Shown: positions 1 to 9,926 of the stretch, in pieces
Layout: each line of letters begins with the position of its first letter
Position numbering within the stretch: position 1 is the first letter of the stretch
Assembly: GCA_027923505.1 (NCBI GenBank)
Contig: BROI01000001.1
Coordinates: 2,666,001-2,730,000, forward strand
Origin: Mayamaea pseudoterrestris
Lineage: Eukaryota
Length of the DNA: 64,000 nucleotides
Direction: 5' to 3'
Made by a program: the position numbers and the translations under genes
Notes under the pieces: model-generated
Database searches by the model: none
What the model saw: the letters and a program-made list of their open reading frames with translations, nothing else
What the model was told of the DNA's origin: nothing

Positions 1-477
1 TCCTTGCTTCAAGACTTCATTCAACACATACTCGGGCATGCTCGCCTCGTCAAAGGTCATGACTGGCTTGGGCACGTCGCGGCCCTGCACGACAATTTGC
101 TTGGAGGCGCGCCAGGCATTGGCTTCATCCTCCGAGCGCTTGGCGACATCGGGATGCTCAATGTAAAAGTCCTTTTCAAAGACGGGCAGTTCGGTATTGT
201 TGAAGTCAATCTTGCCGAGACCGGCGCCAAGGTTTCCACCGGATGATGGAGCGCCCGAGCCGTAGCCGCCTCCGCCGCCATAGCCGCCTCCTCCTCCACC
301 ATATCCGCCGCCTCCTCCTCCGTATCCTCCTCCACCATATCCGCCGCCGCCGCTTGGAGCGCCGCCATAGCCGCCAGCGCCACCATAGCCACTAGGAGCG
401 CCGCCATATCCGCCGCCGCCTCCCGAGTATCCGCCGCCGCCGCCGTAGCCGCCTCCCGTTGATCCGTAGTGAGACAT
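1..477 (-). CDS. DBP2: DEAD-box RNA helicase DBP2/DDX5 (p68) family, 5' part only; runs off the window start
   Basis: Manual translation from ATG at 477 gives MSHYGSTGGGYGGGG, a Gly/Tyr-rich tail, then LGAGLGKIDFNNTELPVFEKDFYIEHPDV...QIVVQGRDVPKPVMTFDEASMPEYVLNEVLKQG, the characteristic DBP2 region before the Q-motif. It is absent from the ORF track because no stop lies in the window. Confidence 0.9.
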   Translation of the reverse strand, partial: MSHYGSTGGGYGGGGGYSGGGGGYGGAPSGYGGAGGYGGAPSGGGGYGGGGYGGGGGGYGGGGGGYGGGGGYGSGAPSSGGNLGAGLGKIDFNNTELPVFEKDFYIEHPDVAKRSEDEANAWRASKQIVVQGRDVPKPVMTFDEASMPEYVLNEVLKQG

Positions 478-725
478 AATGATGATAAAGAGTAAAAGCT
501 GTAGTGAAAGGTAAAAAACTAGTAGTTGTTGCGAGACAACGAAACAATGGTCCGTCCGAAATGCAGGGGAGAATGAACGAGTCGAATGCGCACCGCGCTG
601 GCGCAAAACGAGTGGCAAAGAGCAATGTCGCAGTGGTGATACTCAGTCTTAGAGGTACTTACTGCGACATGCAGAAACGCAGAGCCTTCCTCCATTCTCC
701 ATCATCTTACGCTCCCTCTCCAACC

Positions 726-2726
726 ATGAATACAATGAAAATGCCAGCAGATACAAGACATTTAGATCAAGCAGACATTGATTTATCGCTACAGCAAAAG
801 ATTGACGCCTTACTGTCTAGCGACGAAAATACTCCACCATCGGCGGAGCGATCCGCCGTCGCCGTGCTTCTTTCGCTGCGACTGCCCATTATTGAAGCCA
901 TCCAAGTCTTTCAAAAGCATTCGTGGATTGTCGCATGGATTATAATGTTGATTGAAAACGATGACGAAAATGAGACTGATGACGTTGAAAAGCAGCTGTA
1001 CGTTCGCTTGGCGGCCCAAGTGCTGGGACATGTTCCAAGTGTTGCTGCTTCTGCAGATCTCGCCAAGATTCTCATGCGGCAGCTTGATGCGAAATCTTTG
1101 TTGAGCGCTCCAATTTCAGCTTTCGACATTGACATTGTATCGAATCTATCGATTTATTTGGATAGTGTACAAGGCGACGAAGTATTCATGCGTGAGCAGG
1201 CGCTAACGTCAGTTTGGAAAAGGTGGTCGGGATCCGTGACGGCATCAACATTACCTGTCAACAGCAAGGACTTAATTGATAACGCCGCGCAAGAAACTAT
1301 GCATTCATGGTACCAAGTGCTGGAGCAGCTACTGCATCAGCAATCTGCAGCAGAATCATCGTCGACGGAGGAAGAAGTACGCACCATGTGGAACGATCAA
1401 GTCATGACTCTGCTTCAGGCGCACCTTTCTCGCGTCACTTTAACAACGAGCAGTTGCTTCCAGTTGATGTTGCAGTATTGGCTTTCAAAAGAGCAGCAAA
1501 GAGAGGAGAAACAGCATCAAGTTCAAATTGCGTCCATTCTATTAGAATGTTTGTTGGTGACAATGACTGCGCCGTTGGATGATACAAAGGACGATTTGTT
1601 ACAATCGCCACTCTTAAAGAATCATGCTCCAGATATATTGCATTTGATCACGGCATGTCTCATATCTACTAGTAAAGAATCGGATCAACTCAGAGTACTA
1701 GCATGGACATGCGTGTCGCAGATACTAGATACCATCAACGGCTGGCAGTGGCTGCTCCAGGAGGCTGCAACGTCGGACCGATGGACGCGCAACCTTGCCA
1801 AACCCAAGCACGGCAAGGCGCAGCATCTATGCACCACTCTCCGACTGGCCAGTGGTGAATACAAGATTCAGCTGGGCCGCAGCCATCCGCAGATTGACAC
1901 TTTAGTGGCCACGAGTCAGGTGTTGGTCCGGGGACTTGATTTCATGGTGCACTTGCTGGACTCTGGCAATGAATCATTGCTAGGCGATAGTGACTCCATT
2001 CTGCATGTTCGATTTTCCTTTCGCGAGGGGCTGGATGCGTGCGTCCAGTATCTTTGCTTCGAGTCTAGTGACAAGGAAACTTCGTCAGACGTACTCTTGA
2101 TTGTCATTCGATTGTTTGCAGCTCTCCTGTCAGAGTTTCTAGAGTTTGAGGACAACGAGCAGGAAGTCCAAAAACCAGGTAACAAGAAGCAGCAGGATCT
2201 GACGACGACTCGTCACCAACCCATTCAAGTCCTGCCAGCTCTTCGACAAGCTCTCGACTTACGTGGATTGGAGCTACAGCAAAGCTTGCTGCCAGCACTG
2301 CTGACAGTCTTGGTGGCGAGTGAGGAAGATGAGAATCGAATTAATCAGCTGAAAGCGTCCGATATTCTCGGTGATCCTTTAACCTCGTTTCTTTGCGCAT
2401 TCTTCGAGTTTGGGTCCAATATTATGCAGGTCGATTTGGCGGCGCAAGTTATTGAGCAATGGTATGAGATGGTGACTTCCGTTGACTGCAATGTAACTGA
2501 GACTCATAGTTTACAAGATTCCATTTACAATTGGATTGAAGCTATTCTCAAAAGCCCGGCAAATATTGAACAGGATGATGCAACCGTAGCCGTAGCTCTG
2601 GGATCGGCAGTGGCTTATTACGTGACGCTGCAGGGCGAGGAGCGACCCACTGGGCCACATGCGCATGTTCTCGAAAGAGCACTCAAGTTTTGCTCCATTT
2701 GTCAGTCGGAAAGTGGGTTTGTGTGA
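726..2726 (+). CDS. Leu-rich alpha-helical protein, neurochondrin-like
   Basis: Long ORF (track 504..2726; plausible start ATG at 726). Segments TLRLASGEYKIQL, FREGLDACVQYL and IVIRLFAALLSE resemble neurochondrin-family blocks from memory. The family call is tentative; coding status is likely. Confidence 0.5.
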   Translation: MNTMKMPADTRHLDQADIDLSLQQKIDALLSSDENTPPSAERSAVAVLLSLRLPIIEAIQVFQKHSWIVAWIIMLIENDDENETDDVEKQLYVRLAAQVLGHVPSVAASADLAKILMRQLDAKSLLSAPISAFDIDIVSNLSIYLDSVQGDEVFMREQALTSVWKRWSGSVTASTLPVNSKDLIDNAAQETMHSWYQVLEQLLHQQSAAESSSTEEEVRTMWNDQVMTLLQAHLSRVTLTTSSCFQLMLQYWLSKEQQREEKQHQVQIASILLECLLVTMTAPLDDTKDDLLQSPLLKNHAPDILHLITACLISTSKESDQLRVLAWTCVSQILDTINGWQWLLQEAATSDRWTRNLAKPKHGKAQHLCTTLRLASGEYKIQLGRSHPQIDTLVATSQVLVRGLDFMVHLLDSGNESLLGDSDSILHVRFSFREGLDACVQYLCFESSDKETSSDVLLIVIRLFAALLSEFLEFEDNEQEVQKPGNKKQQDLTTTRHQPIQVLPALRQALDLRGLELQQSLLPALLTVLVASEEDENRINQLKASDILGDPLTSFLCAFFEFGSNIMQVDLAAQVIEQWYEMVTSVDCNVTETHSLQDSIYNWIEAILKSPANIEQDDATVAVALGSAVAYYVTLQGEERPTGPHAHVLERALKFCSICQSESGFV

Positions 2727-3264
2727 ATTCCGGAGGCTAATAAGGGGATGTGCAAGCTTTATACTGCAGTTACTTTGGGCACCACGCACGCACCAGATAC
2801 TGCCTCTCAGCCCAGTCCCTACACCTTATACGTTTATACAGCGCATTCTGCGAACATCTATAGTTGCTTTTCGGCGTCAATGATTGGCATCAGAGGTTTG
2901 TCATAATGTCAACGTCGACGTGAGTTAAGTTGTGTTTATTTTATGCTGCTATCCCCTAAACCATCTCCCAACCTGTACAGGTAGTGACAAAAGCGATTAA
3001 TACCATAGGTTTGCAGAAGCGTCAACGTCTTGATAGAAATTGTTGCAACATGTTCAGAGGAATATTGGGCACTCGGGTGGGATGTTATGAACTAATGCAA
3101 ACAGCAGATGCATCACTCGACAGTGCGTTGCGCGTCATGAAATAGCAATACGACAGATAAACTTTCACGTACTGTAAAAGTTATGTACATTATTGCTCAA
3201 TTAAGTATTCAACGACGGATAAAAATTCCTCACTCACTGAGGAAAGCTGTCCTCCTCTAAATTA

Positions 3265-5766
3265 TCATCGATGCATGCGTGGTGAAGGAGATGAAAAACC
3301 TCTCCACGTAAGCTTCCGCTTGCGTCGTATTCTTCTTCGCTTCTCGTACTGCCAAAAGATGGCCACGGCAATGAATGACCAAGGCAAGAGCAAGGATAAG
3401 ATATATGATATGTATGAAGACAGCCCATAATCTTTCTCCAACGCTGGCCGCTCTTGCTCCTGTCGCCGGAGTTGCAACCTTTGCGATGCCTCCACTGCAT
3501 CCTGTTCGCGACGCAATCGATCCATTTGCCGGTTCAACTCGAATAGCTTGCTCTGTAAGTCGGCATAGATGGCGCCTTTTCGCTCCAAAACCCGTCGTAC
3601 AACTGATGGCAGATCAGTGCACTCATTTTGCATCGTTGCAAGCTCGTCCAAAACTTCGTCGCATACAATTGCCATTGTTTGGTTCGGGAAGCTTTGCAGA
3701 CAATACTGTGACTGTCCTGGCACTGCGGTCTTAATAACTTTGGCAAAGGGCTGCATCACTTGGCACAGTGAGGGAAGCATCAAGGCCTTGTCGCAGAGCT
3801 TGCGGACCATGCATGGGTCGCCGATGCTATGTTTAATGTACCCATGGGGCTTTGCCTTGTAGAAGTGGGCGACAAATGGAAGCTGTCCCATTATATCTCT
3901 CTTCTTATCCCAAAACGGTTTGAAGTTGAAGGGTCGGGGAAGGAAGGTGACATTGTAGAATTCTAGATAGGCACCTCGGTCGCTTGGTGGACTTGTCGAA
4001 GACCGGGTCACGTAGTTGCGGACAAAGGCGGAAAATTCGCCAAGTGTTTCGCGCATATACGGCACATTCATCAACGCCACTCCTTCATCCTCCGCCTGGT
4101 TGACAACCAGTTCCGCAGAACTCATGGCGATGGTTCGAGTAAGTTCATGACCAAAGTCGGCCAACGTAAATGGGCGCAGGATCACCGTGTCAGTATCAAG
4201 GAGCAATATGTATTCGCTGTGCAACAACATGGGTAATTCAACCCGTTGCAGTAGCTGCGTCGTCGACCACGTTCCACTGAAACCGCCCAGCGTCTGCAAA
4301 TGAAGAGTGACATCATGTGCCAGTAGCCAGCTGCGCAGCTCTTGGTCTCTTTCGCCATGATACAAGACGTGAACTTTGTTGCGTGGCATGTGCGTCTGGA
4401 CGGAAACAATGGACGCCTGCAGCATGAACTTGTCAAAATATTCACTGTGCTCCGAGTACGTATACACAATCGGAATGGCAAAGAATCGCAACATGCCTGC
4501 CAGGGGAATGGACTGCGAATTGTACCAAAAGGTGTCCTGGCCTTCTCGCATGGCAATTTGAAGCGCCGAGAACGTTGATACACTGTTTCCGACAAAGCCA
4601 TGCAGGTTGCGACAAATGAAAAAGTCAATCAAGGCCCACAAGTCTCGTGTGCTGCTGATTGGTGGGTCTCGGTCGTGCTCTCGTTGTCCAAGCGAGCATC
4701 CCTGCCCAGTCGCACAGTCTCTGAGCAACTTCAGTAGCGAGTCCTCGGGCTTGGAAGCAGATTGTATGCCTCCTTGTGTTTGTTGCACCTGATGGTTTGG
4801 TCTCAACTCATTGACCGCTCGCAAATCTTCAGGCCGCATGAGCTGGTCGCGCGTCACCACCGTGTATTCGCTCTCCCGCAGCTCCTCCGGAATGCCATGG
4901 TCGCCCGCATAGTAGATCCATTGCTTCTCGCTCAAACCTCGGTGGCGCAACGAACTCAACAGTGTCTTGTCGCTTGGCAGCAAGCAGTTGCCCCGATAAA
5001 TGCCGTCGGGTATGTTCGACCATCGAGCGCAATGCTCGTACCAATCTAGCCCGTCTCGATGGTGAAAGCAAATGCCCTCACTTGCTGGCTGTGATATGGA
5101 ACTTTGAATGTTATCAATGACCGCTTTCATTTGCGTCGACGGCCGGAAACTTTGCAGTATGGAAAGCGTCACGTCGGGAGGAGCACTTTGAACGGGTCCC
5201 ATGCCTTTGCATTGTATTTGCTCGTCGTTAGCCTTTGTAAAGTCAAAGTCCACTAGCTTTGCTTCAATTCCACCAATGCGCTTGACTTGCAGTAGAAAGT
5301 AGTCGGCATCAAAGGCTACTTCAAATGGAACGCTATTGTCGGGTGATGGGATAACGTTATCATCCGAATGCTGAACGCCGTCAACGATGAAGTAGTTTGG
5401 AATTTCAACCGATTGATTGTTTTGTATAGCAATAGCAATGTTTGCTGCATGATACAATAGCTGATTGGAAAGGCCATTGCATATATTGTAGGTATAAGGC
5501 CTCTTTGCGTCATGCTCCGGCGTCGGCAATGACAACTTGGCTGGAAGAGGCGAAGCTTCAACCGAGCAGACTGGACACAAGATACACATGGCCATCTGTA
5601 GTATGAGAAAGTAGCTTATCCGAGGTCTTTTTCTTCTACTTGAAGCATTTTGTATGCACACAGTTGACTGAATAGTGTTTGGCGATGACGACGAACATGC
5701 TGCTCCTGCAGCCGATGCGCAATGTTTCACCGCGAATGCCTCGCCATGGCAGTCACCAAATGCCAT
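3265..5766 (-). CDS. Membrane-anchored two-domain glycosyltransferase: O-fucosyltransferase-like domain + GT8-like domain
   Basis: O-FucT-type motifs CNGLSNQLL, FHHRDGLDW and DFFICRNLHGFVGNSVSTFS. Then GT-A DxD motif LLLDTDTV, GVALMNV, FNFKPFW and HFYKAKP (GT8-like), followed by a coiled coil, a C-terminal TM helix and a basic tail. The true start may be a downstream Met. Confidence 0.75.
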   Translation of the reverse strand: MAFGDCHGEAFAVKHCASAAGAACSSSSPNTIQSTVCIQNASSRRKRPRISYFLILQMAMCILCPVCSVEASPLPAKLSLPTPEHDAKRPYTYNICNGLSNQLLYHAANIAIAIQNNQSVEIPNYFIVDGVQHSDDNVIPSPDNSVPFEVAFDADYFLLQVKRIGGIEAKLVDFDFTKANDEQIQCKGMGPVQSAPPDVTLSILQSFRPSTQMKAVIDNIQSSISQPASEGICFHHRDGLDWYEHCARWSNIPDGIYRGNCLLPSDKTLLSSLRHRGLSEKQWIYYAGDHGIPEELRESEYTVVTRDQLMRPEDLRAVNELRPNHQVQQTQGGIQSASKPEDSLLKLLRDCATGQGCSLGQREHDRDPPISSTRDLWALIDFFICRNLHGFVGNSVSTFSALQIAMREGQDTFWYNSQSIPLAGMLRFFAIPIVYTYSEHSEYFDKFMLQASIVSVQTHMPRNKVHVLYHGERDQELRSWLLAHDVTLHLQTLGGFSGTWSTTQLLQRVELPMLLHSEYILLLDTDTVILRPFTLADFGHELTRTIAMSSAELVVNQAEDEGVALMNVPYMRETLGEFSAFVRNYVTRSSTSPPSDRGAYLEFYNVTFLPRPFNFKPFWDKKRDIMGQLPFVAHFYKAKPHGYIKHSIGDPCMVRKLCDKALMLPSLCQVMQPFAKVIKTAVPGQSQYCLQSFPNQTMAIVCDEVLDELATMQNECTDLPSVVRRVLERKGAIYADLQSKLFELNRQMDRLRREQDAVEASQRLQLRRQEQERPALEKDYGLSSYISYILSLLLPWSFIAVAIFWQYEKRRRIRRKRKLTWRGFSSPSPRMHR

Positions 5767-6015
5767 TAGACTCTTTTAGTAGCTTCACAATGCAACTTGG
5801 GTACATTCATGGCAAGCTGCTGAAAGTATTATGGACGGAACGATTGGCAATGCCAATCAAAAGTTGACTCACGCATGGCGCGTGCGAAGGCAAGTAACGC
5901 TGCGACGTTACAAGTCCCGTTGTGACACTGTTTTGGCTTTTCACTCTTGCATCGCATTGCATCGCCGACGGATGACGACCACAACTTTTACTCGCCATCG
6001 TTCCTATCAACCATC

Positions 6016-7725
6016 ATGATGATGGAATCAAGCCGACAGCGCGTCGCCTTTGAAACGTATCTATGGCTCTCATTTACAATATTCGCCCTGTACTGCTATC
6101 CGGGGAAGAAATCGCTGCTGATTGCCTTTGCAAACTTGCTGACGCGATGCGTCGTCCTGACGCCCCTCTCCACTTGGCAAAATCATCGACAATTGACGCG
6201 GAAGAATAGCATGACGACTGACGTTTGGCGGCAAGAGCAATATGCGGGAGACAATGAGGGAGACGCTGCTGGACAAGGCATGAGCCTGGTTCTCTTGCCC
6301 GTTTTGCTGGAAGCCATGGGACGATTCTCCAAGAGCAACAGCAGCGACGCATTTTCCGATGAATCTCACGTCACTACCGACTATGAACGATACGCTCTAA
6401 TATATGCAGTATCAATGATTGCGACAAACTTTAATCTTCCAGCCCTGCTGCTATTTGCCTTGTTTGACTCTGAAACGCTGCTGCAATTCAAGGGACTGTC
6501 GTTTCTATGCATTTGGTTTGCTGCTTGGAGCTCGGTGCGCTTCTTCGAAGGCTTGCAGGGAGTATGGACGCGAGGAGAATGGATGCTGGCGAGTGCCATC
6601 ATTGCCATGGCATGCACAGAATGTTTGGCGGGAGCCATGGTGGTGTGGGATGAGGAGCATCTGCATCAGTTTGTTGCCTTGTCGGGCTGCATGTGTACAC
6701 TGGTGGGATGCATACTTGGGTCGCTGCTTGGAGATTTTTTGGAAGCACTGGTGCATCAACAAAACTCTTTGACAATTCAGCAAGAATTCATTCTGCCCTT
6801 GACACTGTTTGCAATCGTACTGATTGCATTCACGGGTATCGAGCTACTGCTTGCCACGAACCCATCTACCGCTGAGGCAATTCCTTATCCCCGATCCATT
6901 CACTGGATCATTGACTTTTTGTTCCACGCCGAGCTTGCGCCTATACATATACTGGGCATGCCGCTCTGGCGACGAGTCACTTGGATTATTTACTGGGTGG
7001 TGGTACTGCTGCTGACCATTCCCTTGGCTCCCAACACGAGTGTTACTTCAGACTCGAGCGCCATTATCGCTCGTAAATGGTTTCATGCATTCGCTATCAT
7101 TCTATTTGTACCAGTGTCGCTGTCAACTCCCATATTGCAGGGGTTGGGCTACGCCGTGGGTTTGTCAGTACTCATGGTGCTGGAATGCATACGAACCGAC
7201 GTTCCAGCGCTGAACGCGTTTTACGAACGATATATAGACGAAGGCAAGGACGGAAGGTCGACGCACTGCATTATTGTATCGCACATGTGTCTTATATTTG
7301 GGTGTGCTGCTCCATTGTGGATTGCGGATATGCTGAATTTGCAGGAAGCTCACTCGGAAACCATGGGGCTACTGGTACTTTGGGGAGTCCTATGTTTGGG
7401 CGTTGGCGACTCCATGGGCGCTGTCATTGGCAAGAACTATGGCAAGATTGCATGGGGCAAATCGAGAACTGTGGAAGGGAGTCTAGCCATGTTGTTCAGC
7501 ATGCTGGCTCTATACTTGGGCTTGGCTTTCTACTTTGACTTGTTTGGTGCAGTGCATGCGCTGCACTGGATACCTGCCATGCTTTTCGTGACACTCATTG
7601 AAGCATTCACGCATCAGATTGACAATATGGTATTACCGTTGTCCGGCGTTGCCGTTATCCTAATGAGCCAGCATGCCATAAAGATGGGACCAGCTAGCAC
7701 TCTTACCTTAGGAGACACGATATGA
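6016..7725 (+). CDS. DOLK: Dolichol kinase (Sec59/DOLK family)
   Basis: Multi-TM ORF with ARKWFH, SHMCLIFGCAAPLW, LGVGDSMGAVIGKNYGK, RTVEGS and QIDNMVLP. First ATG at 6016; the ORF is open from 5947. Confidence 0.9.
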   Translation: MMMESSRQRVAFETYLWLSFTIFALYCYPGKKSLLIAFANLLTRCVVLTPLSTWQNHRQLTRKNSMTTDVWRQEQYAGDNEGDAAGQGMSLVLLPVLLEAMGRFSKSNSSDAFSDESHVTTDYERYALIYAVSMIATNFNLPALLLFALFDSETLLQFKGLSFLCIWFAAWSSVRFFEGLQGVWTRGEWMLASAIIAMACTECLAGAMVVWDEEHLHQFVALSGCMCTLVGCILGSLLGDFLEALVHQQNSLTIQQEFILPLTLFAIVLIAFTGIELLLATNPSTAEAIPYPRSIHWIIDFLFHAELAPIHILGMPLWRRVTWIIYWVVVLLLTIPLAPNTSVTSDSSAIIARKWFHAFAIILFVPVSLSTPILQGLGYAVGLSVLMVLECIRTDVPALNAFYERYIDEGKDGRSTHCIIVSHMCLIFGCAAPLWIADMLNLQEAHSETMGLLVLWGVLCLGVGDSMGAVIGKNYGKIAWGKSRTVEGSLAMLFSMLALYLGLAFYFDLFGAVHALHWIPAMLFVTLIEAFTHQIDNMVLPLSGVAVILMSQHAIKMGPASTLTLGDTI

Positions 7726-8060
7726 TAAACGATTTTGGAGCAATATCCAAACGGCGCCATGGATAAAAAAACCATCATTTTTCAATATTAAGACAGCAAA
7801 TAGACTTGGCTTGTATGCATTGGAATATGCATGTACATCAGAGGGTGCTGCCCTTGAAACGGATAGCTGTGCAAAACGAGATCTTTTGGATATGTCGCAA
7901 CGGTTTCAAATGGATTCCGACCTGCGAAAACGCCGATCACATCATCATGCCGGCGATCCACTCTATCAGCAAGCGCATCCATCATAGACCGTGAATTACA
8001 CTGTACATGCTCCAAGACTCGTTATAGATTAAAATTACTGACAGAAAGATTTGTCAAGGA

Positions 8061-9605
8061 ATGCTTCCGATGAGCCGATGCTTGCGAGGATCGCAATTGA
8101 CTCTCACGGCACGACAAAGCATACTCTTTACCATGCTTCTTTCATTGACGACCTTGTCACCTACAATACATGCATTTAATCGTCCTGTACTTTTTCAAAA
8201 GAATGTTACGCCGCTTGCCAAAAAACCTTCGCGAGTTCAGCGTACTACACTGAATAATGCAAACGCAGCTGCAGCATCACCTTCCGGCGATCACCAAAAT
8301 GGTTCCACCAAACGTCAACGCTCCGGTATGTCCTTGGCCATTACGTCAGTCTACTTTACCGTCATGGCGGCAAAGTGCGCCCTTCCGGCAACGTTAAGTC
8401 TACTGACGGATCCAAAGACGGGACTCGTCTTTCACAACAGTTTGTTGACGCCGCAGCAAGTCTTTTCTCAGATTTTGTTCGTCAGCACAAGTGCCATTGC
8501 CGTAGGAAAGCTGTTGCTGGGACCAGTCATTGACTATTTTGGAGGCATACGGTCACTGCAAGTGTCACTCTTGGCATTGTCAGTGTTGCTGGCAATCATT
8601 TCCGTGTCGAGTAGTGTCACAACGTTTGCAATCTGTTGGGTGCTGGTTGATTTCATTTTTAGTTCCTGCTGGGCGGCTTGCATCAATGCCATTCATCAGT
8701 GCTTTCCCGATGCGAGCGACTGGTCGATGCAGATTGGTCGGTTGGCGGCGGCTGCCCGGACTGGAAACGCGGCGGCCTTTGCCATGTTTGCCTCTCTGCT
8801 GAGCTACTTTACGTTGCGAACGAGGCAAGCGTGGCGTCCGATATTTCTCGTTTCCAGCGTCCTGCAATTAGTGCCCGTGGCACTCTTGACTCTTTATGGG
8901 AAACCGTTCATATCAAAGGAGCAAATAGTTTCCAAGCGATTGACGCAGCTACAAAGTGGTTCCGAGAGACAACGATCGTCGACGACTGGTCCCATCATGA
9001 CGCTGCGGCGAGAGGCAAAAACCGTTGCCTTTTGGTGCCACTTAACCAGCCGTTCCATGCTCATGGTGTTTGCATCCTTTCTCCTATTTGTTCCGACGCT
9101 CATGAATCAAGTCTATGGAGCGTCGTCTTCGTTGGCGGCTCGCGTTGGATCGCTCTACGCCATTGGTTGTCTCACTTCCGTCACGATTGGGTCAGGTAGA
9201 TATGCACAACTGTCACGACGACAGAAGGTATTTTCAGTCGTTACGTTGATGGGTTTGGCGACGCTTTCGAGTGCGGCGCAGCTTGGGCATGTCATGGGCG
9301 CTTGGTCGTTGTCGATATCAGCCAGTGCCATGAGCATGTTTGCCTGGGGATTTAGCTTTGCCATACCCTTTTACATTCCGCCGTCCTTGTATGCGTTAAA
9401 GCGGGGTGGAACCGAGTCATCGGCAACGATTGCTGATGTATTCGACATTGGAGGATTTGCATTGCTTGCTGCTTTTAACGGTTATGTAGCGGGTTTGCAT
9501 CACTCCAGTAAAGTGGCGTGGATACCAGTGTTTCAAATGACTACCTTGGCCGCATTTGTCTCGCTCGTAACACTTTCTATTGCTACATGGAAAGAGCGCG
9601 ATTGA
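8061..9605 (+). CDS. Major facilitator superfamily transporter, possible plastid-targeting presequence
   Basis: About 12 hydrophobic segments and MFS motif A-like GKLLLGPVIDYFGG. The N-terminal hydrophobic stretch ends IHA-F and is followed by a basic Ser/Thr-rich transit-like region. Confidence 0.8.
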   Translation: MLPMSRCLRGSQLTLTARQSILFTMLLSLTTLSPTIHAFNRPVLFQKNVTPLAKKPSRVQRTTLNNANAAAASPSGDHQNGSTKRQRSGMSLAITSVYFTVMAAKCALPATLSLLTDPKTGLVFHNSLLTPQQVFSQILFVSTSAIAVGKLLLGPVIDYFGGIRSLQVSLLALSVLLAIISVSSSVTTFAICWVLVDFIFSSCWAACINAIHQCFPDASDWSMQIGRLAAAARTGNAAAFAMFASLLSYFTLRTRQAWRPIFLVSSVLQLVPVALLTLYGKPFISKEQIVSKRLTQLQSGSERQRSSTTGPIMTLRREAKTVAFWCHLTSRSMLMVFASFLLFVPTLMNQVYGASSSLAARVGSLYAIGCLTSVTIGSGRYAQLSRRQKVFSVVTLMGLATLSSAAQLGHVMGAWSLSISASAMSMFAWGFSFAIPFYIPPSLYALKRGGTESSATIADVFDIGGFALLAAFNGYVAGLHHSSKVAWIPVFQMTTLAAFVSLVTLSIATWKERD

Positions 9606-9926
9606 TGTACATTTGTTGTTGATGTAACAAAGTATAGGTGGTAATATAAATTGATTCTACTATGATAAACTACCTTAAATCGCGCGATGCCGACATGAGG
9701 TCCGCTCGTACGTAGGAATCACTTCGTCGCAACTTGGACGGAAAGCCAAAGGCGCGGACGCCTGATCGAATGATTTTTATGTATGTATATGCATGACCAG
9801 AGATGTACTCGGTCGCTCTGCGATGTGGACTTCAAATCCACACTTGGGAGAGCACTCGTAAAAGGACAAACGATACGGCTGGTGCCGCATAAATGTTCTT
9901 TGCTTTTTGGGTTTCGCCGTCACTTT

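Noticed and set aside
504..725. N-terminal extension of the 740-aa ORF from a GTG start
   Set aside because: A non-ATG start in a eukaryote, overlapping the divergent promoter of DBP2; a downstream ATG (669 or 726) is more plausible.
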